A stretch of DNA of 64,000 bases from an uncultured Actinomycetota bacterium. Lineage in GTDB: Bacteria; Actinomycetota; Actinomycetes; Mycobacteriales; Mycobacteriaceae. Below are positions 10,321 through 20,618 of the stretch, piece by piece (position 1 is the first letter of the stretch; each line of letters starts with the position of its first letter). A model generated the notes under the pieces. That model saw only the letters and a list, made by a program, of their open reading frames with translations, did not search any database and had not been told where the DNA came from. The translations under genes and the position numbers were made by a program. The DNA lies in the NCBI GenBank assembly GCA_963715215.1, contig CAVQRJ010000020.1, positions 352,343-416,342 on the forward strand, given 5' to 3'.

Positions 10321-11812
10321 GGCTCGTCATCATCCCAGCTTCTTGGTGATACGCGTTGTGGCAGTGCAGCATCCAGATGCCAGGGTTGTCGGCGACGAGG
10401 ACGGCGCGGGCTTGTCGCATCGGCAACACGATGGCCGTGTCTTTGCGCGCGCCGAGGCTTCCATCAGGCCTGATCATCTGGAATGTGTGCCCGTGCAGGT
10501 GTATTGGATGCCACATCATCGACATGTTGTTGAACGTCAACGTCGCCCGCTGCCCGGCGATGATAGTGAGCGGTTGGTTATCGGGATAGGGGCGCCCGTT
10601 GATTGTCCAGTTGTAGTTCATCATTCCGCCGGAGAGCACGGCCGAGAGGCTGGCGTCAGGTTTGGCCGATCCCAGGGTCACTTGCGGTGTGGCGGTGAAC
10701 ATGTCGACGGTGCCGACACGCTTGGTGAGTTCGGCGGGCTGGAATGCGGCACCGGGCGGGTTGCCGGCGCCAGTGGATAGCAGTGCCCGGGCAACCGCGT
10801 TCTTGCCCTCGGCCAGCGCCACTAGCGGAAACACGCCGTCGCCGGCGGTGACGATGACGTCGTAGCGCTCCCCCATCCCGAGCAGCACCGCATCGACCTC
10901 GGTGGGCACGATCGGGTACCCGTCGGTGTGGGTGACGGTCATCGAATGCCCGGCCATTGCGACCCGGAATGCCGTGTCGGAGCCTGCGTTGATGATCCGT
11001 ATCCGAATGCGCTGGCCGGGCTTGGCGCTGAACGTGCTTGGCGCTGCAGGGATGCGCCCGTTGATCAGGTAGTACGGGTAGTTGACATCTCCGGCGTCCC
11101 CGCCCAGCAGCTCGCTGCGCCCGACCCCACTCATGCCCGACATGCCGCCCATCCCGGGCATGCCGCCCATGCCGTGCTGATCATGCAGGTCGTCGTAGAT
11201 CTCGTGAGGTGTCTTGCCGATGCCGTCGGTCCAGTCGTCGAGCATGACGATCCATTCGGCATCGTAGGTGCCGGCCTCGGTCGGATCGTCCACGATCACC
11301 GGCAGATACAGCCCGTAGTCGGTGTCAAGGCCGGTGTGCGGGTGGGCCCAGTAGGTGCCCGGATGAGCGAGGGAGAACCGGTAGGTGAAGTCGGCGCCGG
11401 CGCCGATGTTCGCGCTGGCGGGTTCGGCGCCGTCCATGTCGTTGCGGATCGCCACGCCGTGCCAATGCACCGAGGTGGGGTGATCGAGCCGGTTGGCGAC
11501 CGTGACGGCGAGCTCGTCGCCGACATTGGCCCTAATCAGCGGCCCGGGAATCGTGTTGCCGTAGGCCAACGTTCGGGCCAGCGTGCCTCCCAGGTCGATG
11601 GTGGTCGGCTGTGGCGTCAATGTGGTGGTGACGGTTCGCCCGGTATGGGGCCGCGCCGCTTCGGCGGTGGAGACAGCAGAAGAATTAGGCCCTACCGCGA
11701 TGCTAGGACGGCTTGGGCGGCCGCAGCCGGCTAGCGCGACCCCACCGGCGATGGCGGCCGCCACGAACGCACGTCGGCTCAGAAAACCGCGTTCCAAGCG
11801 CGACTCCATCAC
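10304..11812 (-). CDS. mmcO: Multicopper oxidase, Tat-exported lipoprotein (MmcO-like)
   Basis: SRRAF Tat motif, LAGC lipobox; HWHG, WAHPH, HPIHLHGH and HCHNAYHQEAGM copper motifs. Confidence 0.92.
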   Translation of the reverse strand: MMESRLERGFLSRRAFVAAAIAGGVALAGCGRPSRPSIAVGPNSSAVSTAEAARPHTGRTVTTTLTPQPTTIDLGGTLARTLAYGNTIPGPLIRANVGDELAVTVANRLDHPTSVHWHGVAIRNDMDGAEPASANIGAGADFTYRFSLAHPGTYWAHPHTGLDTDYGLYLPVIVDDPTEAGTYDAEWIVMLDDWTDGIGKTPHEIYDDLHDQHGMGGMPGMGGMSGMSGVGRSELLGGDAGDVNYPYYLINGRIPAAPSTFSAKPGQRIRIRIINAGSDTAFRVAMAGHSMTVTHTDGYPIVPTEVDAVLLGMGERYDVIVTAGDGVFPLVALAEGKNAVARALLSTGAGNPPGAAFQPAELTKRVGTVDMFTATPQVTLGSAKPDASLSAVLSGGMMNYNWTINGRPYPDNQPLTIIAGQRATLTFNNMSMMWHPIHLHGHTFQMIRPDGSLGARKDTAIVLPMRQARAVLVADNPGIWMLHCHNAYHQEAGMMTSLNYVS

Positions 11813-11870
11813 AACGAGATGCTTAGTCCGTTCGGGACTATTGGGCTAGAGACCTCTTTCCCCGCGAGCG

Positions 11871-11900
11871 GTGACTTAAGTCCCTACCCCCCGGGGGTAT
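11871..11900. promoter_or_regulatory. Composite site: DosR-like box abutting a RicR-like TACCC-N5-GGGTA box
   Basis: GTGACTTAAGTCCC-TACCC-CCCGG-GGGTAT in the divergent mco / copper ATPase promoter. Confidence 0.7.
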
Positions 11901-11967
11901 CATACAGGCATGGTGGACGCGACATCGAGTGGCTTGCGCTGCGGCTGCGGAAGAGGTGAGCACCGTG

Positions 11968-12306
11968 ATGGAGGCATACGGGCAGGTGACCACCGGCTAC
12001 TGGCCCGCGGTGCTGACTGGTGCTGTGCTGCTGCTGACGCTGATCGTGTCGACGACCGCGGCCGTCATGCGAAGGCGCCGCCCACATCGCAAACACACGG
12101 CGGTGGAGCCGGCCGTTCGGCCGTTCGGCGCACCGCCATCGGACGTCGATGTGCCCGTCGAGCGGTGTCGCGGCCTGATCGCGGAGGCTCTGATTGTCCG
12201 GGAGCGGATGTCTGGGCAGATCGATGCCGAGACGTACCAGGCCCGCATGAAGGACCTTGCCTGGCAGGCCTCTCGTGAGGGCCGTGCACATCGCAACGCC
12301 CGTTAG
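11968..12306 (+). CDS. Small membrane protein with SHOCT-like C-terminus
   Basis: N-terminal TM segment; RERMSGQIDAETYQARM tail; first gene of the copper operon. Confidence 0.6.
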   Translation: MEAYGQVTTGYWPAVLTGAVLLLTLIVSTTAAVMRRRRPHRKHTAVEPAVRPFGAPPSDVDVPVERCRGLIAEALIVRERMSGQIDAETYQARMKDLAWQASREGRAHRNAR

Positions 12307-12326
12307 TCCCTGCTGCCGAGGAGCTC

Positions 12327-14883
12327 ATGGTGTCCAGCGTTGACGCTATCGTCGTGGTGGTCGCGGTCCTGGCGATCGCCGGGTTGGCGTGGTACTTCTT
12401 TGCCCCGCGCCGCGCCCGCGCCGCTGCGGTGAGTGGTGGGGTTCAGCGTGTCCAAGTAACGATCCGGGGTGGCTACACCCCCAGCGTCATACAGGTGCGC
12501 CAGGGCATTCCGGTGGAGATCGAGTTCGACCGGCAAGAAACCGGCGACTGCAGCTCGCGGGTGGTCTTTCCCGACCTTCACCTATCGGCGGCGCTGCCCG
12601 CGCATCAGCGCACGACTGTGCGGTTCACCCCACAGCAGGCGGGGTCGTTCTTATTTGCCTGCGGCATGAACATGATCCACGGCACACTCGTCGTCACCCC
12701 CAACGGGCAGGCCGCCCCACCCCACGAACCTGAACAGCCCGACACTGCGGCTCCTGGGTCTGGACGAGCGGATCGTGCCGCTGAGCCGGCCGCCGCCGAG
12801 GTTGAAGCCGCCCAGGCCGAAGGAGCGGCGCGCCGAGATCGCCGACCTGACCCGCCGGGTCGTGATCGGTGCGGTGCTGACCACCCCAGTGTTCTTCGCG
12901 GTGATGGCTCAGTCACTGGGCGCGCACTGGGTGCCGGCGGCATTGCTCAACCACTGGGTGCAGCTGGCGCTGATCACCCCGGTCATGTTCTACGTCGGTT
13001 GGCCAATCCATCGCACCGGCTGGCTCGCGCTAGCGCATCGCAGCGCCGACATGAACAGCCTCATCACCCTCGGCACGGTCGCCGCATACGGCTACAGCCT
13101 GCTGGTCACCGTTGCCCCCGACCTCTTCCCCGCCGACGTGCGGGAGGTCTACTTCGAAGCCGTCGGGGTGATCCTCACCCTGATCATGCTGGGCCGGCTG
13201 CTGGAAGCGCGAGCCAAGGCCGGCACCGGCGAAGCCATCCGCGCCCTACTCGGCCTGCAGGCCCGCACCGCCCGCGTCGCGCGCGACGGCGCCGAAACCG
13301 AAATCCCCATCGACGAAGTGGTCGTCGGTGACGAGATCCTGATCCGCCCGGGCGAGAAGATCCCGGTCGACGCCACCGTCCTGGCGGGTCAGTCCGCTGT
13401 GGATGAGTCCATGGTGACCGGGGAATCGATGCCTGTGACCAAACACACCGGCGACACCGTTATCGGCGCGACCGTCAACACCACTGGCTCGTTGCGGGTG
13501 CGCGCGGCCAAGGTGGGCGCGGACACCATGTTGGCCCAAATCATCCGCATGGTGCAGCAAGCGCAGGCCTCCAGAGCCCCGATCCAGCGGCTGGCCGACG
13601 CGATCTCGGCGTACTTCGTGCCGGTCGTCATCGCGATCGCCATCGCCACCTTCGCCGTCTGGTTCGTCGCCGGTCCGGCCCCGGCGCTGACCAACGCGCT
13701 GGTGTCTGCGGTGTCGGTGCTGATCATCGCCTGCCCATGCGCGCTGGGCCTGGCCACTCCGCTGTCGATCATGGTCGGCACCGGCAAGGGTGCCCGCGCG
13801 GGCATCCTGATCCGCTCGGCCGAGGCTCTGGAGACCGCGCACAAACTCGACACCATCGTGCTGGATAAGACCGGCACCATCACCGCCGGCAAACCCGCCC
13901 TCACCGACGTCGAGGTAGTAGGCGCGCTGCGCGAGGATCAGCTGCTGGTCCTGGTGGCTGCGGCCGAGGCCGACAGTGAACACCCCATCGCCACCGCGAT
14001 CGTCGCCGGAGCCCGGGACCGCGGCATCAGCATTCCCGCCGCCGAGGACTTCGCCTCGATCACCGGCAAGGGAGTACGGGCCACCGTCACCGGACACACC
14101 GTGCTCGTCGGCACCGCAACACTGTTGATCGAAAGTGGCATCGACGCAGCCGAACTGCAACAGATCAGCGAGCGGCTTGCCGCCGCGGGCAAAAGCCCGA
14201 TCCTGGCCGCCGTCGACGGCCAACCGGCCGGGGTGCTCGCCGTCGCCGACACGGTCAAAGACGACTCTGTCGCAGCGATCGCAGCGCTGCGCAAACTGGG
14301 CCTGCAGGTGGTGATGATCACCGGCGACAACGCCCGCACCGCCGCGGCGATCGCCCGCCAGGTCGGGGTCTCCCGAGTCCTCGCCGAAGTCCTTCCCGAA
14401 CATAAAGCCGGCGAGATCCGCCGCCTGCAAGCCGAAGGACGACGGGTCGGCATGGTCGGCGACGGCATCAACGACGCACCGGCCCTGGCCCAAGCCGACG
14501 TCGGCCTTGCCATCGGGACCGGCACCGACGTCGCGATCGAAGCCGCCGACATCACCCTGATCTCCGGGTCGCTGACCGGTGTGGTCACCGCCATCCGGCT
14601 CTCCCGCGCCACCATGCGCAACATCCGGCAGAACCTGTTCTTCGCCCTGATCTACAACGCCATCGGCATCCCTCTGGCCGCCGGAGTGCTCTACCCGCTG
14701 CTCGGGCTGCGACTTTCGCCGATGATCGCCGCCGCCGCAATGGCCCTGTCCTCGCTCTCTGTGGTGGGCAACGCCAACCGCCTGCGCCGCTACCGCATCG
14801 AACCGCTGCCCCCGGCCGAAACGCCCACGATCGAACCCCAGGTGGAAACCGGTGCCGCCCAACACGAACCCGTCGCGTCGTAA
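12327..14883 (+). CDS. copA: Cu(I)-translocating P1B ATPase with N-terminal cupredoxin domain (1-bp frameshift near 12825)
   Basis: FACGMNM cupredoxin; [28 protein letters not shown] and MALSS motifs. Confidence 0.92.
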
Positions 14884-14934
14884 CCAGCTGGACGACGCCA
14901 CGATGCGTCTCATCGACAAGAGATAGGAACGGCA

Positions 14935-15357
14935 ATGAACATTGGTCTCTCCACCAGGATGCACACCTCATTCGCCGACGCTGTCGCTCGCACCCGTGAG
15001 GCCCTCGCACAGCAAGGTTTTGGCGTGCTCACCGAGATTGACGTCAAGGCGACGCTGAAGGCAAAGCTCGGAGAGGATATGGAGGACTACCTCATCCTCG
15101 GGGCCTGCAACCCGCCACTGGCGCACCGTGCGATCAACGTGGATCGTCAGATCGGCCTGCTACTGCCGTGCAACGTCGTCGTACGCGCCGACCTGACTGA
15201 CGACAAATCGGTAATCATTGAAGCAATGAATCCGCAGATGTTGGTCGACGTGACCGGCGAGCCGCAACTCGAGCAACTAGCCGAAGAAGTCACGGACAAG
15301 CTGCAGGCCGCGATCGATTCGCTAAACACCCTGTCCTCCCCGTCTCCGGCGTCGTAA
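14935..15357 (+). CDS. DUF302 domain protein (second copy)
   Basis: Core nearly identical to 360-758. Confidence 0.85.
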   Translation: MNIGLSTRMHTSFADAVARTREALAQQGFGVLTEIDVKATLKAKLGEDMEDYLILGACNPPLAHRAINVDRQIGLLLPCNVVVRADLTDDKSVIIEAMNPQMLVDVTGEPQLEQLAEEVTDKLQAAIDSLNTLSSPSPAS

Positions 15358-15364
15358 CGACCGG

Positions 15365-16198
15365 ATGCGGGCGACGGCGTTGGGTCGGGTTCAGGATTTC
15401 GCTCGGCGTATGAAGTGGCTATGGATCGCGGGCGCCGTTGTCGTCACGGCAGCACTGGCGGTCGTTATCGTCGCGGTGGTGAAACCGACGGGGAAGCACG
15501 AGCCGCAAACCCCCCGAGCTGGCTCGAATAGCGCGCCGGCGACAGTGGCGGTCGGAGCTGACAGGCCGCCGCCATGGCCCGCCCCGGTGGACGTCGTCGC
15601 CGCGGTGCGCGCAGCCGGGTTACCATTGTTGGGCAGCGAAGGCCAGGTGGAACACATTCACGCGCATCTCGATGTCGTGGTCGATGGGCACCCTGTGCAA
15701 GTGCCTGCAGGCATCGGAATCGACTCGGTTCACCGCGCCATCAGCCCTCTGCACACCCACGACACCTCCGGTGTGATCCACATCGAGTCTCCGGTGCAGC
15801 GGCAGTTCAGCCTGGGCGAGTTCTTCTCCGAATGGGGGGTAAGCCTCTCGGCCGACAACATCGGTGCGCTATACGCTGCCGACGGCAGGACCGTGCGGGC
15901 GTATGTCAACGGCACACTGCGTACTGGTAACCCGGCAGCCATCACGTTCGAGCCACATGACGAGATCGCCCTGATCTACGACGTACCGCAGGCCGGCGAA
16001 ACCATCCCGGCCCACTTCGATTTCCCGCGCGGCGACGGATCCGCGTGGCATTGGCGTGGTGGCACTGACAGAACCGCAACCGCCGCAGAAGCCCTTGACA
16101 TCAGTAACGAAACTCCTCACCCCGCATCTAGCGAATCGGGTGTCGGCGATGTCGCGAGGCGGCTTGACAGTTTTAGGGACCCGGGATATCCGACATAG
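15365..16198 (+). CDS. Exported His-rich hypothetical protein; the tail after about 16030 may be foreign
   Basis: N-terminal TM, EHIHAHLDV and LHTHDTSGVIHIES. Confidence 0.65.
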   Translation: MRATALGRVQDFARRMKWLWIAGAVVVTAALAVVIVAVVKPTGKHEPQTPRAGSNSAPATVAVGADRPPPWPAPVDVVAAVRAAGLPLLGSEGQVEHIHAHLDVVVDGHPVQVPAGIGIDSVHRAISPLHTHDTSGVIHIESPVQRQFSLGEFFSEWGVSLSADNIGALYAADGRTVRAYVNGTLRTGNPAAITFEPHDEIALIYDVPQAGETIPAHFDFPRGDGSAWHWRGGTDRTATAAEALDISNETPHPASSESGVGDVARRLDSFRDPGYPT

Positions 16199-16852
16199 CC
16201 GGCTTAAGCCGGATATGCTGCGGTCTCATCTCCGACAACAACTCTCACGAGCACTGGACAAGTTAACGGGGTCCCGTCGAACCGAAACGGACCGAATCGG
16301 CGGACGTCATTCGTACCATCGCGCGTGAGGAGCTGTGCCGAGCTGATGTGGTGTCACACTTCGCCGTCGACGTAATCCGCACCCAGGTCGTTACCCCGGC
16401 CGCGTTCCAGTGGTGGCGTGGTGAGGTCGTCGTGTTGACCGCCGACAACGATCCGACGCAGAACAGCAAGGGCATTTCGCGGTACCAGCGGTTGTTTGGG
16501 CGCCGCCCTGAGGTCATGAGCAACTCGGGCACGCCGCGGTACTGACGGACCCTAGCCGCTACGCGGATCTACTGGAGCGTGCACTCGGTTAACCGATGTG
16601 ACGCACACGGATTCGACCACGCCGGGACCTCCAAGGACGCGCTCGACTTTGCACGTCTGGCCGACTCTGCACGCCGGATCTTATGACGGCTGTTGCCCGT
16701 CACTGAAGATGACGATGATGGCGTCATCGGGGTTGATGAGGATCTGGATGTGAGAACGGCCCCGCTCGGTGTGATGAGCGGGGCCGTGGTGGGCGTGGTG
16801 ACGGGGTGCCCGTCGTGTTGATGCGGTGCTGGTCGGGTTGACGGGATCGGGT

Positions 16853-17278
16853 TCAGTCCGCGGCGATTTCGGTGATGGCGATGCGGGCGGCCTTTTCGTC
16901 GACGATGGCGTGGTCGGCGGCGAAGGCGGCGGTCGAGGGCTTGGAGTGCGAGGTTGTTGACCGCGCGGGGGTGCCCGCGGCGAGGCTGATGGATCAGCGC
17001 GATCGCGTCGTCGGAGAACAGGGTGTCGGCCGCGTCCGGCGATTGCAGGTGGTGACGCGAGGTAGTCGGCGGTGTCGTCGGCGGTCATCCGGCGATCGTG
17101 TAGCGCAGCGCGATGCGCTGGTCGAGCGCGGCGAGCACACCGAGCCGGAGCCGCTGGCGCAGGGTGGGTTGGCCGACGAGGATGAACGCGAACGGGGATC
17201 GGCGAGTCGATGTCGTGGTTGGTCAACAGCCGGATCGCTTCGAGCTGATGATTGTCCGAGCAGGTGGGCTTCGTCGAT
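16853..17278 (-). pseudogene. C-terminal half of an ExeA-like AAA ATPase (transposition helper), frameshifted
   Basis: IDEAHLL Walker B resumes at the junction; ends IVDEKAARIAITEIAAD*. Confidence 0.75.
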
Positions 17279-17409
17279 TTTTCCGACCGCGGACGCCCGG
17301 ATTACGCCTTTGACCTGCGCTTATGCGTAGATTACATGTTCGCGATGTTGGCATGGCGTTGCGACACGCGGTGGTGTCGCGGAGCGGGGAGGGATGTCGG
17401 TCCGGCTGA

Positions 17410-18000
17410 TCAGCGGGCGGCGCTGGGGTCGGCAAGGCGGGCTTCGAGGTCGGCGATACGCCGGTCTTGGAAGCGCAGGTTGGAGCGGGCGGCGTTGAGG
17501 CGTTCGTCCAGGGTGCGGTTGTCGGCGGTGAGCTGGCGGACACGCTGCTTGAGGGTGGTGTTCTCGGTGGTGACGCGCTGGATCGCGTCCTGGGTCCATT
17601 CGGCTTCCAGGTCGCGGATGCGGCCGAGCAGCTCGCCGATCCGTGTCCGCTGGGCGATGATCTCGTGGTTGGCGGTCTTGAGCGCGTGCTCGGCGTTGAG
17701 CGTACGTTCGCGCCAGCTCGCCGCACCGGCGTCCTCCTGCTTGTCTTGGAGGCGGTCTCGTTGGGCGGCGGTCTCCCGGATGGCTTTGGCGACAGCGGTT
17801 TTCGCGTCGGAGTTGGTGTAGAGGAAGGTCCGGGAGACGTCGGCTCGACGCGCGACCGCGGCAACGGTGGCCGGTGTCTTGTCCCGCCGGAGTCGAGTGA
17901 TCGCCTCGTGCACGCGCTCGAGCGCGGCTTGGGTATTGCGGCGGCGGGCGGCAAGTGCTGCGGCGGTGCGTGGCTGGGGTCGGCCGGTGGTTGTGGTCAC
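17410..18000 (-). CDS. TnpC-like / DUF6262 protein
   Basis: HTH (VAAVARRADVSRTFLY) plus coiled coil; overlaps the tnpB stop. Confidence 0.75.
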   Translation of the reverse strand: MTTTTGRPQPRTAAALAARRRNTQAALERVHEAITRLRRDKTPATVAAVARRADVSRTFLYTNSDAKTAVAKAIRETAAQRDRLQDKQEDAGAASWRERTLNAEHALKTANHEIIAQRTRIGELLGRIRDLEAEWTQDAIQRVTTENTTLKQRVRQLTADNRTLDERLNAARSNLRFQDRRIADLEARLADPSAAR

Positions 18001-20618
18001 GCGCAGGTCTCCTCGTCGTCAATGTCGTTGGTGTCGTTTGCCTTCCGTTTGGTGTCGCTCTCGGTGAGGTCGCTGGCGCGGAAGGCGGTGGACCAGACGC
18101 GGTGGAAGTAGTCCTGGGGTTTGCGCAGGTCCAGGGCGAGGGCTTGGTCGAGCAACCCGAGCCCGGCCAGGGCTTTCTCCAGTCCGTCGATGGCGCGCGC
18201 GGTGGGTTCGAAGTACCGGTGCAGGTAGTCGGCGGTGGCGTCGTCGGGGGCGCCCTCGGCGAGTTGGCGCCATTGTTCGCGTTTGCGCCGCCAATAGAGC
18301 AGATCCGCGCCGGAGAGCACGAACCGATCGCAGTTGTGGCAGTCGAGGTTCCACGGGCAGGTGCCGCCGTCGACGACGGGTTGGAAGGTGCAGAACCCGC
18401 CCTCGGCGGGTGTGGAGCGCCTCGACAGGTCGATCGCCAGCGCCTGGGCCTGCTCGGGGGTCATCGGCGTGAGTTCGCTGGTGAGTAACTCGCCCGGGTT
18501 GGTTGTGCCGGGCCCGGCGACCCACACTTGCTGCAGCACCTGTTCGAGGTCCGAATTCGACAGGTGCACATAGTGTTCGGCCATCCGATCACTGACCTGG
18601 CCGAGGTAGGTGCGGATGTGGGTGAGGCTGGCGCCGGCGCGCAGCAGGTTGGTGGCCAGGGTGTGGCGCGCCTGATGGGCCACCCATCGACCGAGGTCCA
18701 GTGAGTCCACCCAGGCCTTGAACCGAAGGTGGAACCATTGGTGGCTGATCGGCATGCTGGCGTCGGGGTTGAGTCGGGTGGTCGGAAACAGCGCCATCGC
18801 TGCGCGTTCGGCATCGGTGGGGCGGCGTCCGTGGGCGGCGACGAATGCGTCCATGGTCTTCTGTTGCCGTTCGGCCAGGCGCTGGTAGAGGCGTTCGGGG
18901 ATCCGGATGGCGGCGTCGTAGTTGCCGACCTTGGTTTGGTCGTGCCAGAACATCGGCAGCCCGCCGTAGCGCCCCAGGCAGTCCCAGCGGGCATCGATCA
19001 CCTCGCCGATGCGGCGGCCGGTGAGCACGGTGGCTTCCCACATGTCGCGCAGTCCGCGATCGAGGGGATCGTGCTCGGTGGCCAGACGGGCGAGATTGTC
19101 CGGGTCGGCCAGCGCGCGGGCGACCTCGTCCGGAAACGGGCGGCGTGGGGTTTGGCCGGTTGTCTTGCCTGCGGCGGGGGCGGCGACGGTGAACTCCCGA
19201 CTCAGGCCGATCCGGTCCGCGGCCCCGTCGTCGGATGCGTCGCGCAGGAGCTTGCGGACCGCGTTGAACACCAGCGAGCGGGTGGTCGTGGTGACGAGGC
19301 TGGCCGACCCATCGGGGCGTTTCATCGCCAGCGACGGCAGGCCGTCGCGTTCGCGGCGACGTTGGTCGGCGACGAACCGGCGCATGTGCTCGCCGTCGAG
19401 CAGTCGCGGGTCGTGCCCGCCCTCGGGCGCATCGTTCTCCAGGAAGACGCCCAGTTCCGTTGCGGCCCGGCGGGTTGCGTCGAAGACGCCGCCGGTGCGG
19501 GGCGGCTGCGGCAACTGCAGCAGCCCGGTCAGGTGATCCCAGACCAGATCCCGCAGCCAGCGTTGCGGGATGCCGGTGAGGTCGAAATGGCTGCCCCGGT
19601 GCGGAAACCGGATCCCGAAGTGGTCGGTCTCGATGAATCCGGCGTCACGGGTATCGGCCGGGGTGTAGTAGACCAGCCGCAGCTCGCGTTGGATCTCCTT
19701 GGCGATCGCGCGGGCCATCTGCGGACAGCCGCTGATGTCGGGCTGCAAGCCGACCAGCGAGTCGAGCTCCAGGTCACGGCAGGTGATCACCAGCGACCGG
19801 AGCCACCCGAGCTGCCAGCGTTGCGGCCGGGCGCGGCGAGCGTGGACGAACAGTCCCCACTTGATCTCCGCGGCCACCAGCGGCCGCAGCCCGAGTAGAT
19901 TGATCCGGCCGCCGCCCGGTGGCGCCGAGGTGGTGGCGCACCAGCGGCGAAACGCTTGCTCGTCGGCGTAGTCGATCGGCACCGGCTCGCCGATGCGCTC
20001 GTAGCGATTCCACCAGCGCACCGGCAACATCGCCCCGCCCGGGCGCCCGTCACGCTCGTAGCGGGCGTCGTGGCGTGTGCACAATCCCAGCGGCGCGTGC
20101 GCGCGGCTCAGGCACACCGCCACCACACAGGTCCCGTATCCGGGCAGCGGGCTCTGACTGTTCAGCCATTCGTCGAACTGGGCGGCCTCGCCGACCGACT
20201 GCTGGTAGCGGAACCAGCGCATCTGGTGCGAGCGACACAACAACAGCTCCGACTGCGCGATCGGCCGGTCCGGGCAGATCCGGCACGGCGTGTCCTCGAC
20301 CCGCACGTACCGCGGTAAACCCGTTGCGGCGGAAAGGAACGCGGCCTTGCCGACGCCGCGGGCCTGCTCCCGGCTCCACTGAACCTCGTGCTCCCCGCAC
20401 AGATCCCCGCTACCCGAGCCCGGCCGCTGGCACCCATCGACAATGCAGACCCACCGGTAGATCGGATGCTCCGGCGGGACGTCGATCACGTCCGGCCGGA
20501 ACATCGCATCGAACGACGGCCCGTCGATCAACGCGGTCAGGATTTCCAACCGGTCCCGGCCTTCCCGATCTGGTCGAGATGAACACGACTGCAGCAGTTC
20601 CACATTCACGATCGTCAC
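17997..20618 (-). CDS. Large tyrosine recombinase (TnpB-like of Tn554), Cys-rich N-terminus
   Basis: GRRIGEV, HQARHTLAT, YLGQ and HY catalytic residues. Confidence 0.85.
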   Translation of the reverse strand: MTIVNVELLQSCSSRPDREGRDRLEILTALIDGPSFDAMFRPDVIDVPPEHPIYRWVCIVDGCQRPGSGSGDLCGEHEVQWSREQARGVGKAAFLSAATGLPRYVRVEDTPCRICPDRPIAQSELLLCRSHQMRWFRYQQSVGEAAQFDEWLNSQSPLPGYGTCVVAVCLSRAHAPLGLCTRHDARYERDGRPGGAMLPVRWWNRYERIGEPVPIDYADEQAFRRWCATTSAPPGGGRINLLGLRPLVAAEIKWGLFVHARRARPQRWQLGWLRSLVITCRDLELDSLVGLQPDISGCPQMARAIAKEIQRELRLVYYTPADTRDAGFIETDHFGIRFPHRGSHFDLTGIPQRWLRDLVWDHLTGLLQLPQPPRTGGVFDATRRAATELGVFLENDAPEGGHDPRLLDGEHMRRFVADQRRRERDGLPSLAMKRPDGSASLVTTTTRSLVFNAVRKLLRDASDDGAADRIGLSREFTVAAPAAGKTTGQTPRRPFPDEVARALADPDNLARLATEHDPLDRGLRDMWEATVLTGRRIGEVIDARWDCLGRYGGLPMFWHDQTKVGNYDAAIRIPERLYQRLAERQQKTMDAFVAAHGRRPTDAERAAMALFPTTRLNPDASMPISHQWFHLRFKAWVDSLDLGRWVAHQARHTLATNLLRAGASLTHIRTYLGQVSDRMAEHYVHLSNSDLEQVLQQVWVAGPGTTNPGELLTSELTPMTPEQAQALAIDLSRRSTPAEGGFCTFQPVVDGGTCPWNLDCHNCDRFVLSGADLLYWRRKREQWRQLAEGAPDDATADYLHRYFEPTARAIDGLEKALAGLGLLDQALALDLRKPQDYFHRVWSTAFRASDLTESDTKRKANDTNDIDDEETCA

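Noticed and set aside
16348-16545. 65-aa ORF
   Set aside because: No motif and no clear SD; cannot be supported as a gene.
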